A stretch of DNA of 64,000 nucleotides from Pseudogymnoascus verrucosus (lineage: Eukaryota): assembly GCA_001662655.1 (NCBI GenBank), contig KV460246.1; one strand, given 5' to 3'. Positions 23,272 to 33,513 of the stretch are shown here, piece after piece. The notes under the pieces are model-generated. The model did not search any database. It worked only from the letters and a program-made list of their open reading frames with translations, and had not been told where the DNA came from. Each line of letters opens with the position of its first letter. The first letter of the stretch is position 1. A program made the position numbers and the translations under genes.

Positions 23272-23928
23272 TTAGCGTACTGCCTAGGAATATTTTCTTA
23301 TAGAGCAATGAACAATTGATAAGGGTCCCTTTGGTATGAACTGTACTTTTGGTATACTTCGCGATTAATATGATAGATCTCTCTAGTAGAAACTCTGGCA
23401 TAAGTAGAAGGTGAGATTGGAGCTAACAGCAGCATATTCCTCTATAAATGTATAAACATTCGTCTTCATAATTATTGTCAGATTGTCACTGTCTATTTAA
23501 TTGTTAAACTATTCATAAGTTTAGCCAATGTAATAGGTATATAGTGGTTACTGTGGTTGGTGGAAAGTGCATAGGCGTGCACTTTTTGCAGTTTGAAAAC
23601 CAAAGATAGATAGTACATGGCGCCCGTCCCATCGAGTATGTATTCGAGTTAATCGGTAATCGGGAACGGTACGTGCACTGGCGTGTCACCTAAAAAGTTT
23701 AAATCCCACGCTGCGAAATTATTGGGTCTGGTGTAATTTCGGTATTTGCCTTGTTGCCCAGGAACGCTATTGTGGGTTATGGCTGCGTTAGCCTTGCTTT
23801 GGTTTCTCTTAGTAATGTCTTAACCAACCCCTATCGCTCTTCTCTCCGGCCCCTCGCGAGCTCCACCGAAATTGCCCAACGACGTTATGCAAATAATTAC
23901 TGATGTGGCTCCCTTACGACGTCGTAAA

Positions 23929-23981
23929 CACGTGGCATCTTTGGTCGGCAGAACGCCCTAAATCCATAATAAATACACGTG
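23929..23981 (+). promoter_or_regulatory. Paired CACGTG (Pho4/NUC-1-type) boxes upstream of the transporter
   Basis: CACGTG at 23929 and 23976, about 220-270 bp upstream of ATG 24202. Confidence 0.55.
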
Positions 23982-24201
23982 CGAACATCGATCGCAGTGT
24001 TAGGCACCAGCTGCTTAGCTTGGTAAGAAGTATAATGTCGTTGAACGTCGGGCTTCACGCCGACTCGGAGGCACATAGCTGCTACCAATTATTGTGAGTA
24101 TGTATTAAAGGCATTAACGATAGAGGTCGTTTTGCGATCAAGTAGGAAAACAGGATCGACAAGCTGCTCTTACAAACTGCCTTCGTCTCAATATTTTCAC
24201 C

Positions 24202-26127
24202 ATGAGTGCTCACCTCGAGACAGCGCCGCTGGCGACTAAGGCCCGTACATCATGGCTGCAGAACATCAAGTTCTTTGCCCTAGCTGGAACCGGTTTCTTT
24301 TCTGATGGTTATCTGAATATTACTATGGGTCTAGGTGAGTTAGGATGGTCAACACTTCAAAGCAATGTTAACAGTATTGTAGTTGTTCCTATGATCGGTC
24401 TCATTTATTTCAAGGACTCTGGCTCTGTTGTCAAGTCTTCCCAAAGCGATGCCATGAAGGGTTCCCTATCTCTCGGCATGGTATTTGGCCAAGTCGGCAG
24501 TGGTATCCTTGGCGATGCCATTGGAAGACATAAGATCTACGGCAAGGAGCTTATTTTGACTATCTTTGGAACGCTCATGGTTATTGTTGCCCCGCCATAT
24601 ATGACTCACGAGGGTATCGTGGTCTGGGTTTGTATTTGGCGTGCTTTTACTGGAATTGGTATTGGCGCAGGTTCGTTATATAAAATTCTCGACAGACAGC
24701 ATTCACTAATACGGCATTAGACTATCCAATGTCAGCAACTTTATCATCGGAGAACAAACCAGTCAAATCCAGGGCGGTGCTCGTTTCTGGTGTATTCTCT
24801 AATTATGGTCTTGGAAGTTTCTCTGCTTCGATAGTCTACCTCGTTTTGATTGTCGCTTTCAAGTCTGCCATCGAAAATAACATTGATCGTGTCCAGTGGG
24901 TGTGGAGATTGCTCTTGGGAATTGGAATTATTCCAGCAGCAGCAACACTCTATGGTCGCCTACGCATGAAAGAAACAGTTCCATATCAGAAGTGTAAGTG
25001 TACACGTTTATCTTTATACAAGGCTCATTTGGCTGACACAGTCTAGATGTCGAAACGCGAGACGGCCGTGGCGAAACAATCAGAAAGGATCTCTATAATC
25101 AATGGGTGGATTTCAAGGAATATTTCTCTGTTCCATTGCATGCGAGAACTCTCTTCGCTACATGTTGCACCTGGTTTCTCTTGTGAGTTCATTTCGAAAT
25201 GTGCCTATACTACACTAGTGAACGAACTAATAGTCAAAAAGTGACATCGCATTTTACGGAATCAATCTCAACCAATCTCTCATCCTAAGCAGCATCGGTT
25301 ACGGCGCGGGCAAGACGCACTGGCAAACACTTTATAATACAGCTATTGGAAACATTATTGTTGCGGCCGCTGTATGTGTCTTCCCATTACAAACGAAATA
25401 CCTCCAGTTTAAGTAATTAACATGAAGTCTAGGGCTTCCTTCCTGGTTATTACGCTGCAATTCCACTCCTTGATATACTCGGTCGCGTTCGTCAACAGTG
25501 GATTGGATGTTGCCTTGTCGCCACTCTTTACGCCATTTGGGCCGGTGTGGCAAACATCACCAGTGCTGGCGGTCTCATTGCGCTCTTCACATTATCTCAG
25601 GTAGGTTTTCAAGCTCATGGTACAAACCAGACTGCCCTATCTACCTCTCCATATAACTCAGCATCGTTCTGCTAACACTTTGGTCTTAGTTCTTTCTCAA
25701 TGCTGGCCCAGCAACCACGACGTTCCTCATTCCCGTCGAGGTCTTCCCAACTCGAGTCCGTGCAACCGCCCACGGCATATCAGCTGCAGTTGGCAAATGT
25801 GGAGCCATACTCACAACCTTTGCTTTCGGCACAATTACCGCAAAGATTGGACTTCGGGGTGTCTTGGGATTGTTCAGTGGCATCTTGTTCCTCACTGCTT
25901 TGCTCACTCTCTGGATTCCTGAGTCGAAGGACAAGACTCTAGAACAGATTGAGAATGGTGATATCTATGGTGGCAACGAATGGGTAGGCTGGAGCACTAA
26001 GGATGCGAAGGCCATTACGGCTTTAGAGACGAGCGAGACGAGCACAGCGACCAATTCCTTCTGTAGTGCTGACAACAAAAGACCTGTTGTTAAGAGGAAA
26101 GATGTACAAATCGAGGATAAGAGATAA
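24202..26127 (+). CDS. MFS phosphate:H+ symporter family (Pho84/Git1-like) transporter, multi-intron
   Basis: [83 protein letters not shown]; about 6 GT..AG introns. Confidence 0.88.
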
Positions 26128-26659
26128 TCAGCGTGGGTAGATATAGAGGCTGAGTTATAAGAGATACCTTTTGGAATTTACATTTTGGAAAGGGGCACTA
26201 GCAGGCTAGCACGATTATTAACTTCATACCGATATGTTGTAAAAAGAAACTGCTAGGCTGGTGATGTCTTTGATGAGTATTCTAAGACTTGCTGCTGTAG
26301 TCACTCTACCCATGAAGGTGTTATTAGCTCGTTACACAAGAGAGTCGCATGAGAAGGAGTAAAAATAAACTCCCGTTCCAAATCGCAAGCTGGATAAAGC
26401 ACTTATCCCACGGCTCTAAAAATAACCAACGCCATGCTTGGGCTAAGGGCCGCCTGGACCCAAGAGATAAAGATATAGCTTGGACAGCTACTGGATGTAT
26501 TTTTGTCAACCGAATAATCGCATGTCACAGACGCAAGAGAGAAATCTACTGCCGCATACCCAGTCATACCTAGATATAGAGATTAGTAGGACGTTCTTGC
26601 TTGGATCTCAAGCTCTTGTTTTATCAATTCTCCTCAAACGTGGCTAGGGACTACTAGAT

Positions 26660-26965
26660 ATGCAACAGGACTCTATGTTTTGTCTTCTTCCAGAAGACAT
26701 AATTATTAAACTAGGACAGAATTCTGAAGATCCAAAGCTAGAGTTGCTTCCGTTATATCACCTTCAAGCAAGGAGCTTGATAAATATGGGAAAGAGCGGG
26801 AAAGCTGTGGAGCTAATTGAGCACGTAGTTAATATCCGAGAATCTACAGTAGCTCAGGATCACCCAGATCGGATTGTGTTACAGTATGTGCTTTCTTGTG
26901 CTTATCAGGCTAATGGAAAAGTCAGAGAGGCTAAAGAGCTGCCTAAACAGAAAACTGAATCCTAG
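26660..26965 (+). pseudogene. Remnant of TPR repeats of the fungal NLR (NB-ARC/NACHT-TPR) type
   Basis: KAVELIEHVVNIRESTVAQDHPDRIVLQYVLSCAYQANGKVREAKEL resembles kinesin-light-chain-like TPR units. Only ~1.5 repeats are present and no NTPase domain is visible. Confidence 0.6.
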
Positions 26966-28312
26966 AATTAGAAACCTACTGAGAACGCATAACAGTCTAG
27001 GATCCAGAAACTAAAATGTGATGTCCTGTTGATTAGTGAAGAAATATCTGCTAACACATGTAAACGGGAGAAAAATTAACTAAATTAGGACATAATTACC
27101 ATGGTACAGCTGTAAAGTACACTAACAAACACGTCTAGATAGACAAAATTGATGCAGTCATGTTTAATTATGTCCGTATCCAGCAAGAACTCCGTGAGGT
27201 TGCCCTCGAAAACAAATAGTTTGCCATGTGTGGCATTAGTGCTTAAAATATCCCCCTGCGCCATGGAAAGGAAACCTTGTTGTTTTTAGTTCGTATGTTG
27301 ATGTGTAGGCTTTGGTTGGAACGAGTACCTGAGCAAGGGGGAAATAGTTAAATGGGTGGCTTAACTTATCAGCGATAAGAGTAAGATGGCACGATTATTT
27401 ATCCGCCACAACATTCTTACCGCCGACGGGCCGCAGGGGTATCATTCAGCCCATGCAGGGTAAATCAGGCGATGAGAGATTAGCGAGTCAGGGGAGAATC
27501 CGGGGTACGCCGAGTAATCCTAGCGGTGAGTTAATAGGGCACGAAGACCGAAAGGGAAAACTTAATCCTTCGAAGCCCCAGAATGCTCTCGGGTCTCTCA
27601 AAACCATTGGATCTGCTTACAGGAGAGCCAGTCTAAGCGGATCGGCGCGGTGTGTTTGCACATCACGCAGCACACGGGATTGGGTCGAATGGCCATCGGG
27701 CAAAGGGAATAGACGTGGGCTTACTCTCATAAATTGCTATCCACAGCATCCGAAAGACGCGTACGCTGACTCATTATCGACTTCAGTGCACTCAACATAC
27801 CACATACTTACATTACTTGGTATACCTTGTCCCTATTATGCCGTAGCCATTGTATACCAAATATAGTATTCGTATATGGTTGTGGCTTCTACCTATACCC
27901 ACCTTTTTCCCCCCTTTTCCGCGGCTGAGGCTGATGGACCTGGATTGTACATAAGCCACACTTTATTCCTGCCACGCGATCATTTATAGCCTCATAAGCC
28001 AGCCCTTAATCACTTACGAGAGACCGGCAACAATCAGGCCGCTGTTACCAAGCTTATCATGGAGGATCTCTAAATCCGCGGCTTGAGAGGTAAAAATAAA
28101 CCTCACATACTGCGCGCCTGCTTGGCCATCTTATTACGGAACAAACATTGCCCCGTGCTGATGATATTGAGGAAGTGGTAATGCCAACAAGACGGAGATG
28201 GATAGATATAAAAGGAGGCGGTTTCCCCGTCTAATTTCACAATCATCATCCTCTTCCATTCACAACATCTTCAGACTCACCAGCTTTTCAACAACCCAAA
28301 CCAGCCATCAAA

Positions 28313-28852
28313 ATGCAGATCTCCCTTTCCACCGCCACCGCCCTCCTCCTCCTCCCTCTCGGCATCCTCGCCTCGCCCGCCCCAGTTCCCGTTGCTGAGG
28401 ACGTGGCCGTGCCTGATGACCTTGAGCTCGAGGCGAGGGATGCCAATCCCGGAGAACTCTTCAAGCGTAACGTTCTTTGCAAGATCACCGGTTCTTCCGC
28501 AACCGTGAATTGCCGCAGCGGTCCCGGCACGGGATACTCGGTTATTGCCACGGTGAAGAAGGGCAGTTACTACAGCTTCGGTTGCTACAAGACAGGAACC
28601 TGTGTCAGTGGAAACTGGTGAGTTGTGCAATACCTAGCCTCTTTACTCACGCCAGCGACCGCAGGGATACATGATTGCTAATTGATTGATTAAAGCACCT
28701 GGGATAGAATTTTCTGGGATGGCAAATCCTGCTATGTCAGTGGATACTACACTGATAGCGCGTGCTCTGCTTGTGAGTTTACATTGTTTGTCCCACTTCA
28801 AAGGTTTTGTTGTTGACCCAATGCCACGACAGCTGCCCTTGGAAAGTGTTAA
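28313..28852 (+). CDS. Small secreted Cys-rich prepro-protein with a stand-alone SH3b-like domain (3 exons)
   Basis: Signal peptide, acidic pro-region, Kex2 KR site. Introns 28618..28695 and 28773..28832. Mature ~81 aa with 8 Cys: VNCRSGPGTGYSVI...WD...CYVSGYY. TATAAA near 28207. Confidence 0.85.
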
Positions 28853-29364
28853 ATTGGCATATTCAATCACGCGTTTCTGATGTTATGAAGTTACGCAATG
28901 TTATTATGACTTGGGGATGGACGCGTGTTGCTCATGTGGACCTTTAGTGGACGGCTTATCTTTCAGCATAGTCATCTTTCAACCTTTTGATTGTGCTTGC
29001 TAGGTTGTGGTGGAAGATGACTTATATAACTTTAAATTGACAAAATTACAGGCTGGTTTAACATAATTCTCTAGCGATATTCACAGTAGTGTAAGGAGCA
29101 ATCGTGACATATTTTATATCTAATAGTATGTCACATAGAGCGCCAGTTCATTATATACCATAAGAAGTCACGATATATGGCTCAGTCCTCAAAGCGAGAC
29201 TTGATGAAACGAATATAAAATAGTTTACAAAACAGCCGCTATCGCTAAAAATCTATCACCGAATCTATATACATGAATGAGACTACTCGACCCTAGGCCG
29301 GATATCCATTTCCTCCCTTTCCAAACCCCAGCAAATGTGGGATGGATCAGCGACTATCTAGCGC

Positions 29365-30694
29365 TTATAGCTTAACAGCTCTAGCATGGCGTCTGCGGCC
29401 TCCAGCAGCATTCTTGACACCGTTTGTGAACCAGCTAACCACATCATCGAAGGTGGCTCCGCTTGGTAGCGGCTTTGCAGATGCGGTCACAGTAACGGTG
29501 ACGGTGGTAGCCGGGGCGGCGACTGTGACGGTGGCGCCCGCGGAAGTCACAGTGACAGTTGCAGCGGCACTGCAGGCGGAGGTTGTCTCGGGGAGTGGGA
29601 TAACGGTCACGATGCGGGTGACGGGCTCTTCATCACCTTGGCCGGGGGCGACAACGACAGGCGCGGAAGTTATAGTTGGGAGCTCAGGTGTGTCGACAGA
29701 GTCGTCTGGGACAACAGGAGAGATGGTAGTCGTAGTTGGGACTGCAGGTACAGTAGAGTTGGAAAATGGGAATGGTGCGCCGGTGGTGGTAGTTGGGGCG
29801 ATGGTAGTTGGGGCAGCGATGGTGGACGGGGTGTCAACGGTGGTTGGGGCGGCGACGGCAGTTGAAGAGCCCTCCACTGGAGCTGGGGCAGCGCCGCTGT
29901 TGTAGAGTGCTGGGCCAGGGATGGCATACGAAGTCAGGGTCTTGTAGATGTCGATGAGGATGCCAGCGTCAGTGCTCTTATAGAGTTCCGTGCCTGCAAC
30001 TCCAGCGGGCTTTGCGGTTCCGGAACCGGTGACGACGAGGTTGATGCACTGGGGGTAATTCTGTGCGCCATTCGCATCATAAGCAGAGTGCAGTGCAATG
30101 ATCTCGTGACGGAGCACGTAGTTGCCTGGTGCGATGTCGGCGGGAATCGTGGCAACCCAGGTGTTGGAGTTCGCAATGAGCTTATCAGAGGCCCAGTTAC
30201 CAGGTGCATTTGACCCATCGATTAGACCTTCCTCGCCGATCTTGAAGAATTTTAGGGCAGTCTTGTCGACAGTTTCGCAGGCGCCGTTGCAGGAGGCGAG
30301 ATAGTCAATGACTGGGCCTTTGTGAGACTCTGGCCATGGTGTCCATTGGAGCTCGACGGTGCTACCGGCGGCCACAGTGATGGAAGTGCCGGCATTGGTT
30401 GCGCCAACGTGGCAAATGATATCATTGTTCTGGAACTTGTCGGGGCCAACAAAACCATTGTCTAAATCTTGGGGAATCGACCAGCCGGCAACAACAGGAG
30501 GTGGGTTGGAGAATTGGAAGGATGGGCTGTAGCCAGTGTTGCTAAGAGGTGTTAGTTTTCCAGAAACAGTATTCATAGAAAGGATATGGTTACAGTTTGC
30601 CATTGACAACAATCCCTGAGACCGTGCCATGGGCAGATACGGATGATAGCAGAGCAAAGGCGCTCGCGGCGAAGGCGACTGATGAGAAAGTCAT
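29365..30694 (-). CDS. AA9 lytic polysaccharide monooxygenase with S/T/P-rich C-terminal extension
   Basis: Signal peptide ending VSA/HGTV (His1); intron 30593..30542; [26 protein letters not shown]-terminus [10 protein letters not shown]. Confidence 0.95.
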
Positions 30695-31351
30695 TTTAAA
30701 CGAGTTAGGCTCTGTCAAAGAGTGTGATATTTTGTAGAATGAGTGTATGTAGTATTGCTTCAGTCAATGAAGAAGTGCACTTAAAAGATGGAAATTGAGC
30801 AAGAGGCTCGAAAGATAGAAAGGAAGAATGAATGAAGGTAAAAGACTCTGTCTCTGAATAGATAGAGAAGAGAAGACAGCAACAAAGAGCAGAAGAGAGT
30901 ACTTATACCATCGTGGCCCAGACGAATGTTAGACAGGCCTCTTCAAGTAAATAATTCCTCGCCACTTACTTACTGTACTTTCCCCTCAATATAAAACGGG
31001 GCGGCAAACTAGCCAACCGGGTCGCATCCTGTCGCGCCTCCAACAATCCCCACCTTCCTGCAGAGGAGATTGAAGGATAAGGGCAAGTAGTGTTAGGGTT
31101 ATCTGAAGTTAAGTGCAAGAGGCTCTTCCAGAACCCCACTATCATCGTGGTGTGCAGTTCTGTGAAACGCCGCGCATCCACTGGCGTTGTCAGACCGTCA
31201 GTGCGTTCGCGGCGGTAATTAAATTCGAACATTTTATCTCTTGGCTCTCAAGGTTCACGTGGGGGTTGATGCGCTATGCCACACTATAGACAGTATATTA
31301 TTCGCGCGAACAGAGCCGCCCAGACGGAAGGAGATTCACCGAAATGGGAGA

Positions 31352-31393
31352 GGAGATGAGGCTGGACCCGACGAAGTGGTGGGTGGATATGTT
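31352..31393 (+). repeat. Direct repeat copy 1 (upstream of DyP)
   Basis: GGAGATGAGGCTGGACCCGAC..GTGGATATGTT, repeated at 33059-33101. Confidence 0.8.
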
Positions 31394-31869
31394 GTAGCAT
31401 CTGCGATAGTACTTCGGACTTCGCTTGCAAATGCGTAGGAAATAAGTCGGTATGGTGCAGAGGGTAGTGTCTCTAATAAATTAAAAAACCAGGCTTCGAC
31501 TTACCTCAGCTGTGTACAACTCTTCACTATGCAGGAAAAATCAAATGATCGAATTTGTTCCTCACCACAACGCACTAACCTATGGTACAATATACAAAAC
31601 GAGATTGACCATTGCCATTGTAGTGAGAGTCTCTGAGCGATCTTGTAACATGAGATGTTTCGCGTGAGAAGAGCTAGTCCATAGGCTAAAATAACGAAGG
31701 AAGTTGTGACGTCATCGTACGTCTGACATGGGACGAAGCTCAACCTTCAATTGGAATACGACGATCCTCAAAGAATCCATGTCCATAAACTATGGTATTT
31801 GGAAGAATCCGTTTGACCTCCAAGTATTCAGCTAATCAACTACACACGGTCAAGCTGACGACGAGGGCA

Positions 31870-32826
31870 ATGACAGGCCGCCACAGCCCCATCGAGCCTC
31901 AGCGCGTCGACGCCCCGCTAACACGGTCTGCGACCTTCTTAGTCGTCTCCGTTGCCAACAGCCCCTCCGCGATCCGGACTATTCGCTCCACACTCGCGAG
32001 TGTCGACGACCTCACTAAGAACGTCGCCATCCGCGATCTCAAAGCCCAGTTCGCATGTACCGTCGGCATAGGCAGTGATGCCTGGGACCGTGTCACCAGT
32101 CTTCCACGGCCGGCTGAGCTGCACCCCTTTATAACCGTTAAGGGTGCGGTCCACAGCGCTATCGCGACGCCTGGCGATTTGTTCTTCCATATACGCTCAG
32201 ACCGGCAAGATTTGTGCTTTGAGTTCGAGCGGCAGCTGTTGGACCTTCTAGGCGACTCTGTTGCAGTTATCGACGAGACCATCGGCTTCCGCTACTTTGA
32301 TGTACGCGATCTGCTAGGATTTGTCGATGGCACGGCTAATCCTGCTGGTCCTGCTATTGGCGCCTCGACCCTTGTCGCTGACGAGGATGCATCCGCCGAG
32401 GGAGGCAGCTATATCGTCGTGCAGAAGTATATACATGACCTTAAAGGATGGCGTGCGCTCCCAGCCGAGACGCAGGAAGCCATCATTGGCCGCACGAAAC
32501 TAGATAACATCGAGCTTGACGATGCAGAGGCTGGAAAGCAGTGCAGTCACAAGACTCTGACTACAATCGAGGACGAGAAAGGCGATGAGCATGAGATCCT
32601 CCGTGACAATATGCCGTTCGGGTCCCCTGGCGCAGGAGAGTTCGGGACATACTTCATCGGGTACTCGCGGCGCCTATGGGTCATCGAGCAGATGATGCAG
32701 CGCATGTTTATCGGGGATCCCCCTGGGCTACACGACCGTATACTTAACTTCTCGAAACCGGTGACGGGCACAACATTTTTCGCGCCATCCGCTACCCTGC
32801 TCGCGAGCCTTGATCCTAGCGATTAA
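31870..32826 (+). CDS. Dye-decolorizing peroxidase, bacterial DypB/class P-like, intronless, no signal peptide
   Basis: RPAELHPF, TPGDLFFHIR, RDLLGFVDGTAN (GxxDG), QKYIHD, IIGRTK, SHK, ILRDNMPFG, FFAPS. Confidence 0.93.
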   Translation: MTGRHSPIEPQRVDAPLTRSATFLVVSVANSPSAIRTIRSTLASVDDLTKNVAIRDLKAQFACTVGIGSDAWDRVTSLPRPAELHPFITVKGAVHSAIATPGDLFFHIRSDRQDLCFEFERQLLDLLGDSVAVIDETIGFRYFDVRDLLGFVDGTANPAGPAIGASTLVADEDASAEGGSYIVVQKYIHDLKGWRALPAETQEAIIGRTKLDNIELDDAEAGKQCSHKTLTTIEDEKGDEHEILRDNMPFGSPGAGEFGTYFIGYSRRLWVIEQMMQRMFIGDPPGLHDRILNFSKPVTGTTFFAPSATLLASLDPSD

Positions 32827-33058
32827 GGGCGTAGGGGAGGGTCTAGATGAAATCTCTGTAAATGGGGTGTTACTCACTTAGTTGTAAATACATCAGTTGA
32901 ACGGTTTTTTACTCACACGAATGTACTCACAGTGTAGTATAAAATAAACCAAATGAATGATTTTTCAACGTGGTGTTGTACTTTATTACTCTTCACTGTT
33001 CAGGAAGCACTCAGTGTAGTACAAGGTAGTATTCGGAATAAAAGCGGCCGGGACAGAC

Positions 33059-33101
33059 GGAGATGAGGCTGGACCCGACATGGTTGGTGTGTGGATATGT
33101 T
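33059..33101 (+). repeat. Direct repeat copy 2 (downstream of DyP)
   Basis: 21-bp block identical to 31352-31372, plus shared GTGGATATGTT and an upstream CAGACGGA. Confidence 0.8.
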
Positions 33102-33513
33102 ATATCTCAATGAGTTGGCCCCTGAAAAATGCAAATAAAAATGGAAAAATTACCTTCCGATGAGGCACCGCCATATATTCACCATAATTGAACACCTTTT
33201 CTGACTTTGGCGCCATCTTACACCCTTTTTTTGGTTTGCTTTTAAACACCGGAATTGTAGGGATCTCTAGCCAAATGTTGGCACCACAGTTTCGGGGACT
33301 AGAAGCCGCAACTAAATGTGTCTTTTTATTAAATATATTTTATACATAAAGACGGGATAACTAGGTAATAACTGTTTGATTCTACGGGGGCTGAGATGCC
33401 TCCACGTTCTTGAGCCAGACTGTTCTGTTGAAAGGGGAGGATGCCACCATTGGGCGAGAAGGCTATGAGCCTAACCAAGATTGCATGCCCTTCGAGCATC
33501 AATAGGGCAATGC

